64,000 nt of DNA from Antedon mediterranea (taxonomy: Eukaryota > Animalia > Echinodermata), in contig NC_092674.1 in NCBI RefSeq assembly GCF_964355755.1, positions 682,001-746,000 on the forward strand, read 5' to 3'. The stretch's first letter is position 1; the number at the start of each line of letters is the position of its first letter. Under the pieces are notes generated by a model. It ran no database searches, was not told where the DNA came from, and was given only the letters and a program-made list of their open reading frames with translations. Below are positions 24,820-39,001 of this stretch, piece by piece. The translations under genes were made by a program, and so were the position numbers.

Positions 24820-25693
24820 TTGTCCCTTGACAATTTTTTTTTAAATTATGCCATTTTAATGTCACATTAATAGTTATTCATTTTGACCAAAAATTGGATA
24901 TAAATGTATATAATAAATAATAATAATATAAATGTAAATAATGTATTTACCTGAAGAAACTGTAATTTTAAGCAAAAGCCAGCCAATGGGTTTTTGGTTG
25001 AATTTATTTTGTCATATTAGTGAAAACATTTTTTTGTTCATTTTCTTTTTCTACGAAAGTCATTAACTATATTAAAACTACAAAATAACCTATCCAAAGT
25101 CTGATTTCATTTATCTTCATTGTTCGTGTTTGTTCATCTTTCTAAAACGTTTACCGTCTTGACGCTTTCCACAGAAATGTTTTAGGTAATATTTTATAAC
25201 TCTATACATACATAGATATGAAAGAAATTATTATTAACTTCAACTAAATATAATTTTCAGCGTTCTTGAATAAATTGAAAATGTTAAATTAATCTGTATA
25301 GGCCTATATGGTGCGGTAGTAAAATCTGTAAACTTATGGCCTACCAAACGTGCCTCTTACCGAAAAAGAAAATTCTCCAAAACATTCCTACCACTAGTAC
25401 CGCCAGAGTAGTCGTGTAAAGCAGCATGCTGTTATCGTATCTATAACTGGTCTACAACTGTACACATAATTGTCAACAATATCTATCATTAGGATTTTTA
25501 CGTAATCTTCGTAAGATTATTTAAAACACGTTTCATTAAACTATAACAACCTCTAATCGAAAATATATTATACATTTTTTTGTTTATGGGCTGCACTACG
25601 AATACATGAAGTGATATATGCAATAAATGTTATTGAGTTTTATTAGTTTTTATGTTTTTATTCTGTCGTTTATTATATACCAATTTACAGTAG

Positions 25694-27350
25694 TTATTGC
25701 ATATTACTCCCTTGTATACTGTAAAGAGGTTAATGGATGGGATGATGGTGATGGTCCGGATGGTGAAAACATGCTATATTGCATATTACTCCCTTGTATA
25801 CTGTAAAGGGGTTAATGGATGGGATGATGATAGTGATGGTCCGGATGGTGAAAACATGCTATATTGCATATTACTCCCTTGTATACTGTAAAGGGGTTAA
25901 TGGATGGGATGATGGTGATGGTCCGGATGGTGAAAACATGCTATATTGCATATTACTCCCTTGTATACTGTAAAGGGGTTAATGGATGGGATGATGGTGA
26001 TGGTCCGGATGGTGAAAACATGCTATATTGCATATTACTCCCTTGTATACTGTAAAGAGGTTAATGGATGGGATGATGATGGTGATGGTCCGGATGGTGA
26101 AAACATGCTATATTGCATATTACTCCCTTGTATACTGTAAAGAGGTTAATGGATGGGATGATGATAGTGATGGTCCGGATGGTGAAAACATGCTATATTG
26201 CATATTACTCCCTTGTATACTGTAAAGAGGTTAATGGATGGGATGATGGTGATGGTCCGGATGGTGAAAACATGCTATATTGCATATTATATAACACCTA
26301 TATAAATTCCTGTCATTTGATTGGACGAATGTGGGTCACATGGCGTGCAATAGTACGCACTATTCAACGATCGTTAAATAGTACTTTTTGAAACATTTTT
26401 GTGTACGAAAAAAAAACGTCTAGATGTTATATAAAACAAATAATGAATGTTTTGTATTCGTGTAATGGTACAAATAATGGCACTTGGTGAATGATGAAAG
26501 GTTATATCAACTCGGCTTTGCCTCGTTGATATAACCTTTCATCATTCACCTCGTGCCATTATTTGTACCATTGCACTCATAAACATTCATTATTTGTATA
26601 TTACTCCCTTGTATACTGTAAAGAGGTTAATGGATGGGATGATGATAGTGATGGTCCGGATGGTGAAAACATGCTATATTGCATATTACTCCCTTGTATA
26701 CTGTAAAGAGGTTAATGGATGGGATGATGATAGTGATGGTCCGGATGGTGAAAACATGCTATATTGCATATTACTCCCTTGTATACTGTAAAGGGGTTAA
26801 TGGATGGGATGATGGTGATGGTCCGGATGGTGAAAACATGCTATATTGCATATTACTCCCTTGTATACTGTAAAGAGGTTAATGGATGGGATGATGATGG
26901 TGATGGTCCGGATGATGAAAACATGCTATATTGCATATTACTCCCTTGTATACTGTAAAGAGGTTAATGGATGGGATGATGGTGATGGTCCTGATGGTGA
27001 AAACATGCTATATTGCATATTACTCCCTTGTATACTGTAAAGAGGTTAATGGATGGGATGATGGTGATGGTCCGGATGGTGAAAACATGTTATATTGCAT
27101 ATTACTCCCTTGTATATTGTAAAGAGGTTAATGGATGGGATGATGATAGTGATGGTCCGGATGGTGAAAACATGCTATATTGCATATTACTCCCTTGTAT
27201 ACTGTAAAGAGGTTAATGGATGGGATGATGATAGTGATGGTCCGGATGGTGAAAACATGTTATATTGCATATTACTCCCTTGTATATTGTAAAGAGGTTA
27301 ATGGATGGGATGATAGTGATGGTCCGGATGGTGAAAACATGCTATATTGC
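25694..27350. repeat. Minisatellite, 82/85-bp unit, about 16 copies, interrupted at 26290-26597
   Basis: Unit TTGCATATTACTCCCTTGTATACTGTAAAGRGGTTAATGGATGGGATGAT(GAT)RGTGATGGTCCGGATGGTGAAAACATGCTATA. Confidence 0.95.
26290..26597. mobile_element. Insertion with a long terminal hairpin inside the minisatellite
   Basis: About 70-bp-arm palindrome at 26437-26596 centred on CTCGGCTTTGCCTCG; flanked by ATATTA duplication. Confidence 0.8.
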
Positions 27351-27815
27351 TATTATTGCGTTGTTGTTTATTATACATACACATAACTTTAAGAATAGTT
27401 TAATATATAACTACAAATGAAACTCATGCATGTCATCCAATATGAAAAGTAATCATTTATTATTAATGATTATTTTACAGTATACAAAAATTCATAATTC
27501 ATCATTTTGTGGCGCGATTATTAAATAGGTTTAATAAACAATTATTAGCAGTAGTACTGATCTAGTGATTAACTAACAATAACAATGTGTGAATGTGTAG
27601 GTTGTTGATAAAACAAAATAACAACATAATAATTAATATAGTACTTTATAGAACACAATTTTACTATTCACCAGAAAGAAAAATAAATTATTTGAAAAAA
27701 AAGAAATACAAATATATTGCTAAAAGCAGAGGGTGAAAATAAATGTTTTCCCTATTATGTTTTCACTTGTTTCCACACAATGAACTCTATCATTGTATCC
27801 ACACAATGAACTCTA

Positions 27816-30800
27816 TCATTGTATCCACTGCTGTAAGTTAGATTGTATTGTTTTCCTTGCTTGTATAAGTTGGGGTAAATCCTGAGCAGTTGCTGGATAC
27901 ATGTTAGCACAGTGCGCAGTACCTGTAAAACAACACACACAGTATTTAGTATTGTTAATTTTTTTATTTACATATAATTTCTTATAAAATTTAACCATTC
28001 TAATAATATGGTTTCAGCCTTTTTGGCTATTTGTATCATTGATTGTCTGTTTTCGGACAATAAATATACCTGTATTATTATTATATTATTTATATTATTA
28101 ACATAAGCTTTAGCCAATTTGTTTTTTTCTTAATGGATCTACTATATGAAAAAACTGCATCACAATTAATGATTCACAATTAATGATTCAAAATTAATGG
28201 GAAATAGGATTACTTGCTTTGTTATAAATTTCTTATTCAAATCATGTAATTTTTAACATTCATTCATTTCTTTCTTTTTCAATGTAAACAAAATACAAAT
28301 AAAATTATAAATAATAAAGAGTCAAAACCTAGGAAGTAACAACATTTGACGGTCTCCCTCCAAAAAAATATGACGGGTCATGTTAAGAAAAGCTGCAAAC
28401 AAAGTAATTGTCCAATCCAAGAATTACTTACAAAAGTGTTAGCAAAATGGTCTTACCATTTATAAAAACAGCTTTCGCATCATCCCCAATACTTGTTGTG
28501 ATCCCTAGGTAGTGCCAAGGGTCAATGGAACCATTAGGGAACACAATCTCGGATACTTGTATTCCATATCCACCATAGTTTGTATTTGTTCTTTTAACAT
28601 TTTCTTCAATTGTTGATCGATTAAACTGTTTACCAAAAATATCTTGGCAAAGTTGGATGGAGAAGCTGCAGATGAGAACAATTGTTGATTTTTGTTTATA
28701 TTTACAACAACAGTATATTCACTGATTTCTTTCTTTATTTCTTGAAAAAATATTAAATCTTGGTTGTGAAACATGAGAAAGATAAGGTTCACATATTTGT
28801 AAAAAGACCAACTTCATGTGCCCTATACAACTGTATATTTTTCATTAGGTCTAAAGTTCTGTCTACACTATCAAATATGGTAGTGACATGCCCAGATATG
28901 GTAGTGATATGACATCATCATGTCTATATATGGGCACATCACATAAAGTTTGATAGTGTAGACAGACCTTAAGAAATTACTGATTTTCTTACGTGACTGG
29001 AAAGTGCTGTCCAAATGGCTGTTGCTTAGAATCTGTTGACTGGAAAAAGGCAAACTCAGAACATGTTTGGTAAACCCATTGACGGCCTAAAATTAGACAT
29101 CATTTGTGTACAGTGATTCTCGTGTTCTTAGAGGTTATCACCAATATTATAGTATACCAACTTAAGTATATGCTTACCTCAATCCAAACACAAAATGATC
29201 AGTGGTAGTGGTTAAGTACATTTAGCTGGATCTTTTTTTCACGAAATTGTCTCATTCTGTATTTTAAAGTCAGGCTTTTAGGTAACCAATATGTCACTGC
29301 AAATTATGTACAGTCAATACCGGAAACCTTTGAGCTGGCCAAATATGTCTGGTATTGGGCATGTGTTTTTAATGGTAAAAATTAATTTGGTACGGTTTGG
29401 ACTGTTTGGAAAAGTCTGGTATTGGAAGAGTTTCTGATTTTCAAAGAGTCCAGTATTGGGAGAGTTGACTGTATATGGATATTGTAGACTTACCTCCCTC
29501 AGCAGATGCACTATCCCATGATATATTACGATACTCTGCCACCATGCTGTCATATTCAATGTCCAAGCACTCTGTTTTGTAAGTGGACATTATAAGCGAG
29601 TTGAATTTGGCATACCTTTCAAGAACATCACCAGCTGATTCATCACACATAATGTCACAAATTGTATCAACTGTTATATTTGTTCCTAAGGCACCCTAAA
29701 AAAACAAGAAGTACTGATTTGTTTTCTGTATCTAAGCTGGCACAATATTCACAGGAATCTACCTATTTCCTTTATTTATTTCACTTGAACTTAATTATTA
29801 AAGATGTATTGTCCCTTTGACAAATTCCCAAAAAATTAAAAAAATAGATTTCGAAAAAAAGTGGGTCATTTTGAAGTATCGTAATAGTTATTAACTTTCA
29901 CCAAAAATTAGTCGAAAAAAAAATCATTAAACTGAAATACAGACGTTTTTTTGTTAAAAAAATAACTTTGACTTCCAGTTACAGTTTTCGATCAAAACAT
30001 ATCTTATAATGCAACGCGCTTGTTTGGCTACTCTGTATGCATAATCATAAAACTTTCTCGCGATCTGTGTGAAAATACCTTCTCAACCATGACGAGTTGT
30101 AAACAATCCTAATTAGCATCATGCATAATGCATACTCGTGGTTTGAAATCTTTGTTTACTTTCGCTCGTGATGATTTTCCAGACGAAATGTAATCAAATA
30201 AATTTACCTGTAAATTACGTAAACTTGTTGTTTTTGGCTCGAATTTTCGACTTAAAGTAAAAAACTTTAATATTACTTTGATATGGCCAATTTAAATTTA
30301 GAATATTTTTAACTTCATTTTTTGTGTTTCAAGGGACAATACATCTTTAATGTTAATTAAATTATATTTTGTAGTTACTCAAAGGAAGAAAATAAATGTT
30401 ATTGTTGAATTGAATTGAAAAATTTGTATTCTCTGTAATCAAGAACATCAAACACACACTCCTCTGATATCCAATTAGAATAAACTGTAGCTTGTTCCAC
30501 CTCTTTATATTGACACAACAGGCAAAGAAAATTCATTCTAAACTGCCAGGTCATATACTGAAAATCTATTAATTAATTTGAAACGATAAAGGAAATCTGT
30601 GAGAATGAGAAAAAAGTCAACCCAACCTTTTGATATTGATACACAGTTCTGTGAAAATGATATTTAGCTTTGCTTACCTCAAACTTTCTGTTATCTTTAT
30701 TGTATTGTACTATGTTCATAAAGTTACCAACAATGTTCACAAACATGTTGGAAACATCATTTTTATTTGTTCCATCAAGTGGATTACACAACCTTTAAAA

Positions 30801-32997
30801 AAATATTTGATACTTGTTTACAGTGAAAAAGTCAATACATGAATTGAATTGAATTGTATAAATTAATTGTTTCATAATTTTTGACTGAGAAGCTAGTTCA
30901 GATATATCATTTACAATCTTGCATCTGATGGTATAGAGAGAGGCTCAGCTTTATTTAAAGTAATACTCCTTGACGTTAATGATAATAAGCATACGTTTAA
31001 TGTTGGTTCCCAAACCGTTCCAGAAGTGATGCAATGGTATCCCAGTAAATTTAAGCAACTACAGGATTACATAAAAAATTAAAATCAAAAAAGTTGATTT
31101 TTTCTATCTACCCTGCCTATGCAGCTCTTTTATTTTTATTTATATACAGGATTACATATATTGTGATTACTTAAATTAAGACTTACTTAAATGATTTAGT
31201 AAGCGTCTGCCATCCCAACGGGTGAAGTAACAATGAATCTATCATCTGTGTAGCACTTTGGATATTGTCGTTGCACTTTGACCCATATTTTGTTGTTGTG
31301 AGAGAATCTCTTACAACTTCTAAATATTCTGAGAAATAAAATGATAGTAATATTTTATTTATTTCATTTTCATGTTGGAGCTGTAAAGAAAGGATAATAA
31401 AAGACCAAAATAGTCACAAGAAATGTCGTGTTTTATCATCATAGCAGCTAGTTGTAAAGTAAGTGGAAGAAGAGCAGAAAAAATACAACTTTACCTGGAA
31501 AATTAAGAGTTGCCTGAAATGGGGCACTTGTAGAAACAGCGCCATCTACAAGGTGCGGGTACTTCAGACGAAACCATGCCGATAAGCTGCCTATGACAAA
31601 ATAATTCACATATCAACGATCTTCTTATCAATTAGTACAAAAGTAAATTGTAACAGTACTAGTGATTAACAAAACATTTGTCACTTTCAATCTTATTTAA
31701 ATTAATTTATCTGCAACTAAGAATCCATCCACCCAAAGCCTATTTGCTAGACTAACTTCTAGAATTAGACATTTACAGAACACCATAATTATCACAACCA
31801 CAACCCCTTCTCTTACCTGGATATGATCCTCCAAATGAAACCCATTTATTATCAGCCAAGTTCATTTTCACTGCCATACATGCCCTAAAGTATGCTAGAT
31901 CAGCTAAGGCCTGTTCACTGCTTAGAAATCTCAGATTTTGGACACTTAAATCGCTAAAAAAAATTAATCAGATAACTACAGTACAAACAAATTTAAATAT
32001 TCTCTTCACTTCAATGATTTAAAATGTGTTCAATTCTTAATATAAATGATACTATTTTTTTAAAAAAACAAGAATTTAAGCAAGGTTTCATTAATAGCAA
32101 TACCTGGTTGGATGACTATCTCCATAGAATCTATGTTCCAACATTAAACATAAAGCATTGTAAGTTTTTGCAAATTCTATCCAAGTACCAGTGATCATCC
32201 AAGCCGCGTTGGCTTTACCTTCTCCTCCAATCATTAGAAAAACTGGGCCACCTTCTTTAAAGAATGTGTCGTTAACAAAATACCTCTAAAACACAAACAT
32301 AATAAATTAATAGTAGCGCATGTTACTAAATAATGTAATATTATTCATATATATACAACTGAGGACTAGTGCTGTTCCACCGTACCACGCCGCCGAGAAT
32401 GTTAAAGAGTCGCTATCCAATCAAGTTTGAACAATACCATGAAAGTGGTCTAATGGTTAGGACATCTGCATATTAAGCAGGCGGTCCGAGTTCGAGTCTC
32501 GGTTGGGGCGACTTTTTTCTCATTTTCACAGATTTCCTCATCTTTATCGTTTCAAATTATATATATATATATATTAATATAGGCCTAACTTTATTTGATT
32601 TTTTGCAAAAAGGATTCAAGTTTATACCACTCACTGACACTGCCAGTCAGTTATTATAAGCATAAGTATTTAAGTACATAAAATACCATAATTATAATTT
32701 AATATTCCTACTAGGCCTAGCTACTATACAGTACGCTATTGCACAGCCTACAGTAATAATACAGCAGAAGGGATTTTATTACCATACCTGCTTCCACGTA
32801 TTGGTATCGGTGGGATCAAAATGATCCAATTTCTGTTCAAACCATTGTTCTGGAGGTAAAACATCATGATGGCTGATAATTGGAGGGGTCAGCATCCCCC
32901 CGCGTGGTCTTCCGAAGAAAAATATTGGATAGGCAGCTTCAGAAATAATGAAAAACAAGCTAAAAAGGAGGAGAAACCTCCGAATATCAACCTCCAT
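27816..32997 (-). CDS. Peptidase family S28 (PRSS16/thymus-specific serine protease-like), about 10 exons
   Basis: Signal peptide, [50 protein letters not shown] (Ser), [19 protein letters not shown] (Asp), GTAHCANMY (His). Confidence 0.92.
29331..29471. mobile_element. Tc1/mariner/pogo-like MITE
   Basis: CAGTCAA...TTGACTG termini flanked by TA on both sides. Confidence 0.65.
29802..30346. mobile_element. Kolobok-like non-autonomous element
   Basis: Perfect TIR AGATGTATTGTCCCTT / AAGGGACAATACATCT with TTAA TSD; related end fragment near 24819-24900. Confidence 0.8.
32438..32560 (+). mobile_element. tRNA-derived SINE-like repeat; 3' parts also at about 17841-17872 (-) and 30571-30627 (-)
   Basis: A box TGGTCTAATGG, B box AGTTCGAGTC, tail GATTTCCTCATCTTTATCGTTTCAAATTA shared by three loci. 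Confidence 0.65.
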
Positions 32998-33511
32998 GTT
33001 TTGAGTTTTGACTCGATTGCAGTGTATCACGTGCTTGTGTCAAGTGTATATACACGTGATGTCAAACAATGGACCAATCACCTGCGAGTCGCGGACCACA
33101 TTTATAACACAAATAATATCTTCGCTGTATGTAAGCCTACTACTGTATTGTAGTTACAAAACGCCATGGACAACTAGACGAGAGCACCGCAAAAAACAAT
33201 TCGGAAAAGTATTATGAATACTGTACAAATCCATATTTTTACTTTTAATATTCTGAAATCGATATGTTTGAATAATGTATATTATGGAAATGCCCAGAGG
33301 ACGGGTAGGCTACATATTTATTTCTGATGTAAACAAATTTGACACAGATTCTTCAGAAAAGGTCTAATAACCCCCCCCCCCCCAACCCCCCCCCCCCCCC
33401 CCACCTTTCATGGCATACTCTAGTACTGTAGTAATGTTATTTATACATTTATTAGATTTTCCTTATAAATTAATATCAAATCAAACAAAGGGATTCGCTC
33501 ATTGGTTGAGA

Positions 33512-33537
33512 CATGGAGGAGGAAATATTCCTCCATG
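33512..33537. mobile_element. 26-bp palindromic transposon footprint
   Basis: CATGGAGGA-GGAAATAT-TCCTCCATG flanked by 7-bp direct repeat GTTGAGA. Confidence 0.7.
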
Positions 33538-36500
33538 GTTGAGACTCTCTCCCCCTGTTAAATGGTCGTGACATTCCTGTATGAGGGCGTTATTACAGAA
33601 ATCCAACAGATGATTGACTTATCGGTATTCATTGGATAAAAGCGAGTAATTACTGTCACCATAAATAAAAACTTTCTAAAGAGTGACATTGATGATGAAC
33701 ATCCCATCACCAATATTTTGATTATACATCAATATTAAATATTATTAATTTGTGACAAGTTCTGATCTGATCATCAGATGAATTATCGGAAACTCGAGGA
33801 ATGATTATGACGTCACATGACTCGAAGCATCCGACTCCATGGTGTAAAGGCACGAAATGGTCGAAGTTTATCTGTAAAGTTTGTTTGTAAAAACTATAAA
33901 CAAAACATCCTGAACAATTGATTTATGCACGTATTCTTAAGAAATGTTTTAATATCATACCGTAGTACGTGTAAACAGAAATAAAGTAATCTTAATGCGC
34001 GCTCATTCAGTCAGCGTAACCACGGAGATAGGACACGTCAAACTTATGACGCCGCGTTAAATTGCTGATGAAAATTGTATAACTTTTGTACGCGCGCGTC
34101 AAGTTCGTGCTGGCACTGAGTATTGCAATCAGCAATTAATGGTGTATTTTTAAATTAATTTATAAGGAATGCTTTCTACCGTGGAGTAGACTAAACTATG
34201 TCACTTATTAAGTTTGATGTTATATTATGGCAGTCATGCATAAGATAATAACGACATTACTGTATTCATCAAACCGAGTTACGACGAGAAATATCACATT
34301 TATTACTTGGAATAAATACACGGCATATAGGAAGCAGTGTAGAGTGATCGTCGCCAGGAACAATATTTATTACAGTCATATTCGCGTTGTAATAATGATG
34401 AATTAATGCTGACTGATCAATGCTGTCCAGTTTAGATACGTCGTCGTATACGATAATTGTTTTCATCGGCCATTAGGTCTATGCAAAGAGACAGGTTTAT
34501 GCGTGTGGATATGGTTGGAGTTTACGAATGGATGTAAATTTCATAAACCAAAGGTAAGATTTGGACTATTAAAATTGATGCTAGTAGCGGAGATCGAGAA
34601 AGAAATGAATTATATTTAGATATCAGCATTTCTATATTATATGTCCAGCAGCAATGTCCGATGGGAAGAGCAACTTGAATGGGTCTCTACAAAATAATAA
34701 TATTAAGAACCCCCATCAACATTGTGAAAATTAAATGTTATAACCATATTATTATTTGAACTGATAAACCATCAAAAGCTATCAAATGCGTAAACTAAAA
34801 TAAATGATCTAAAAAACGTACGTGGGATAGAAAAGAAATTGCAATTAGGCCTATGTGTCATTAGATAGAAAGAATAATTATGAAAACTTGCAACCTATGT
34901 TTCTTTGGAAGGATGTTAAATATTAATTAAAATGACTAAACACTTAATGAATGCATGCTAACTACGGATAAACATGTATGTATTTGACTACACGTAATTT
35001 AACATACTGTATTTATTTTCTAAAGTTGTATTGTTTACACGGGTATATTTTACCTGTAACAAATAGCAGACATTGTGAACTCATGGGTGTTATTCTAAAA
35101 TGTGAACGAACCCTGACAAATAATAAACAAAATTACCCCTAAGCATTTCAACCAATCGTACTCAGTGGGTACCAATATATATTTTTTATTTATCTTTATT
35201 CTGTATCATGTCAGACTGATAGCATTCTTAACATACTGAACTATAATTATTAATTTAAGCTTACAATAGAACGATTCTTCTTTAACGATTGTCACGTCTG
35301 TAGATAGATATCACCTGTAATATTATGTCCTGCTATGTTATTTTTCATGACGTCACATAATTAGATTGAAATCCTACAGGGCATGTTGTAAGATTAAACA
35401 TTTCGATATTTTTCAATACATCAATCAATCAATCATACACAAATTAGGATGGAGAACGTACAATAAAGTCAAAGCTTGACAAATCTGGTTAATAACCTTT
35501 TACACTAACCACGCACGACAAAACGCTATTGAAAAAAAGTGACACTTATATTATAATATACGGTATTCCACAATTTCCATCAATTTTTAAAATGAATAAA
35601 AAAAATTAGGATTTTTTTCATTTTTTTTTTTTTGTGGCTTTTAACTTTTCCTCTGATGAACTGGTGGTTGCTGGTTGATTTATGGAAATTGTGGTTTTTG
35701 GCCGAGTAAAACAAGGAAATCTCACACAGGCTAGACACATGAAATGCGTGGTTCTGCTGACTTACGATTCATGCAATGGTAATTTGTGACTGAATTGAAT
35801 TCCGAAGTTCAATCAATGTTATAGGCATTTTTAAGAATGATCCATTACAGTTTGTTTCCGCATCAGCAATCACATTTTTTACGTTGGGTAAAATAATATT
35901 CATCAATGCTCTTAATTGCCTTGAACAAAAAAAAAAACAAGTGTGGAATATGTGGACATACCGCAGAAACATTTTCAGGTGTATAATGTACCCTCCAGCA
36001 ACGAAAAAAAGTAAAGACCTAAACTTATGTTATTTTTATTTTCCATGCCTTTCTATTTGCTCTGGTAACAAGTAAAGCTCCCTATAATATTTTTTTTTGA
36101 ATTTATATTAACTTTATATTACTTTTTCTATTTCTCGTGTTTTAGTACTGACTGTATAATAAACCTAAAATAGCATATATTACAGAAGTGAAAATATTTA
36201 GCACGGAAGTTTAGTAATGTTCGGAATTAGTAAGATAAGCCTATAGTTAAATCCCAACTCGTCTCCTCGTACTTGATCAGAAGGCTTCCGTTTCACTTTC
36301 AGGCAGCAAATACTCTGGTTTGAAGAAACTTGATTGGATTGGATTATGTAATGAGCCATGATTTCACGGTCACCATCGGTCAGTATAATTCTGAAGGCCC
36401 ACTTATCGGTAACAAGACACAACATCCGACACGAGTAACTGTGCTTTTTCAATTATTTTGTTCTGTGAATGTCCATGAATGTCACAAAGAAAGGTAAGAC

Positions 36501-36972
36501 AATAATGTTTAGTATTCTATAATTTAGTACAATCTTTAAATTCATTTAATTTATGACGATGTATGTTTATTTTTCAAAGAGTTTTCATAGACATTGTATT
36601 CGCTTTTTTACAATGCATTGTCTACACAGGGAGGTTCACCTCCCTGGTCTACTACATATGATTCTATTAAATAAGCCATGTACTTGTACAACTTCAACGC
36701 CTCAACGTGAAGCAAAGATGTTTTTGCTTTCGCTAGACTTCTGAGTCATATTCAGTCTATGGAGGTATCGGTACACATTTTCATGAGTCTATATCATTCA
36801 TCACCTATAGTAGCACAACCAACATATAATGTTTTTCCTTTCACTTACATCTAAATCCAGAATCATTAATTACATTGTCGCTGAACATTGAAATGTGATC
36901 ATTTGCAATCGATTATTAATTATGTTAGCAATTTACAGACATTAAAATGTTACTTTCTCATATTTCGTTTTC

Positions 36973-37120
36973 ACACAGGTCATGTATTAATTATATAGAC
37001 ACGTTCTATCCTAATCTATACAGTACATGGACACAGGTCATGTATTAATTATATAGACACGTTGTATCCTAATCTATAACAGTACATGGACACAGGTCAT
37101 GTATTAATTACAGTACATGG
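36973..37120. repeat. Tandem repeat, about 57 bp x 2.5
   Basis: ACACAGGTCATGTATTAATTA occurs three times. Confidence 0.85.
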
Positions 37121-38007
37121 AAACGCAAAACGTCTTAGGCTCGTTCACATTATTACACCGTAACCTAATTCTGTTTAAATATTATAATAAAAAAATATAA
37201 AACAAGTAATAAGTATCCGTGGTTTAAATGAGTTTTATGGCATTTATGTCTTTCAAAACGTTAGACCCACGCAATATATTTTGAATTACTTACAACTTCT
37301 AAAATCATGATTTATTGAGATCTGTTTATTATACTGTAGGCCTTATACGATGAATATAATATAAATATTTTTTGATAAAAATAATATTCTATAGGCCTAC
37401 CTAAATTCGTAATTCATTTAATTAATGTTGTTATACAGGAAATGTACTGTATGTCCTTCTAATGTTGATGACATTCTTCATTAATTACCATAATTAGTTT
37501 AATTGTTTTGTACTGCAAGGACAAAATATAAACAAAGAGAGTTTATTGCCGAAACGAAGAATAATTGCTTTTTCTTTCATTTGTAGTGATGATAAACCAG
37601 AATACTATTAAGTTCTGTCTACACTATTAAACTGTATGTGACTGTGCCCATATATGGACATGATGATGTCATATTACTACCATAATTAAGCATATTACTG
37701 CTATATTCAGAAAAGGGAGGTGAAAAATACCTCCCTGTTCAGAAAATCACACTTTTTTTGTCAAACTAGTTTGATAGTGTGGACATAGCTTTAGATAGGT
37801 TTTATTAGACATTGTTAAAATTGTATTTTATTGTTTTATAAAGCAAATCATGAATATAGGCCTAGATTTGGGGAAATAGTGCCGAAGAAATAGAGAACTG
37901 TTAGCGGTAAGTTTACAGTAGACGATCTAATACATGAAATGAAAAAAAATGTATGTCAAAATTGTTAAAATCTTAAGACAAAGGTTCTTAAGGAAATGGC
38001 AAGTTAG

Positions 38008-38364
38008 CCGCAGGAAGCGATAACCAATCCACGGGGAAATAGAACTAAGACACGAGTCTTGTCATAGTTTACATGTTTCTGTACATAAACATGAACTGCA
38101 CGTTATGGGCGCTTGTCTATTTATCCGCAGGAAGCGATAACCAATCCACGGGGAAATAGAACTAAGACACGAGTCTTGTCATAGTTTAAATGTTTCTGTA
38201 CATAAACATGAACTGCACGTTATGGGCGCTTGTCTATTTATCCGCAGGAAGCGATAAACAATCCACGGGGAAATAGAACTAAGACACGAGTCTTGCCATA
38301 GTTTACATGTTTCTTTACATATGGACGTGAATTGCGCGTATGGGATCTTGTCTATTTATCCGCA
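38008..38364. repeat. Tandem repeat, 117 bp x 3
   Basis: Units start CCGCAGGAAGCGATAA at 38008, 38125, 38242. Confidence 0.9.
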
Positions 38365-39001
38365 AAGAGAGTCCAGGTCGGGAGAAGGCATGTTTTCGTA
38401 CTTTAAATAACATAGAGTAAGAGTCTTAAATACCAATGTGTGTCTTACACACATTGTTTTCTTTCTCTATAAAAACGGAATGCTGTAAAACATAGAAGGA
38501 CATTGAAGAATGTAAACACGACACCCTAACATTTTGCCCATCCGACCAGCACGGAATTAAACTCTCCCATCCATTTTTATTTCCAACATTTCTGACGACA
38601 CCTGCCGAATCGTTTATTAGGGATTTGCGTCTATAGATCCTTTAAATATTTAAAGTAAACATCTGCATTCGTGCGTGGAACATTAATTCAGAAACGTAAC
38701 ATTTAACATACAAATTGAAAAGAAATCAAATTAACATAAAGATATCATTAGTATTCATATCGTGATTTGCTAATATGTTGTTATAATATATTATTTTATT
38801 TATGCATCGAAAATAACTAGAACGATAAAACATTTAATTCAGACATTCTAAATTAAAAACAAGTCGGTCAGCATTCGATTTGTTACAGAATTGATTATTA
38901 TTCATTTATGAGTTTTCTACGGTTTAATAATGATGAGGGTAATGTCTTATAAAACTAGAAATCAATTAGATACAGTGGTTGCGGATTACAGTTGATAAGT
39001 T

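Noticed and set aside
25012-25014. Selenocysteine codon in the MAM gene
   Set aside because: No redox motif context and no SECIS seen downstream of that gene
25694-27350. CRISPR-like array or family of small ORFs
   Set aside because: Units are contiguous with no unique spacers, no cas genes, eukaryotic context; the ORFs are frame-shifting by-products of the repeat
32438-32512. Functional tRNA gene
   Set aside because: No proper acceptor stem, and its 3' tail recurs at two other loci, as expected of a SINE-like repeat
33371-33402. Poly-C tract as G-quadruplex regulator
   Set aside because: Simple homopolymer, error-prone in assembly, no further support
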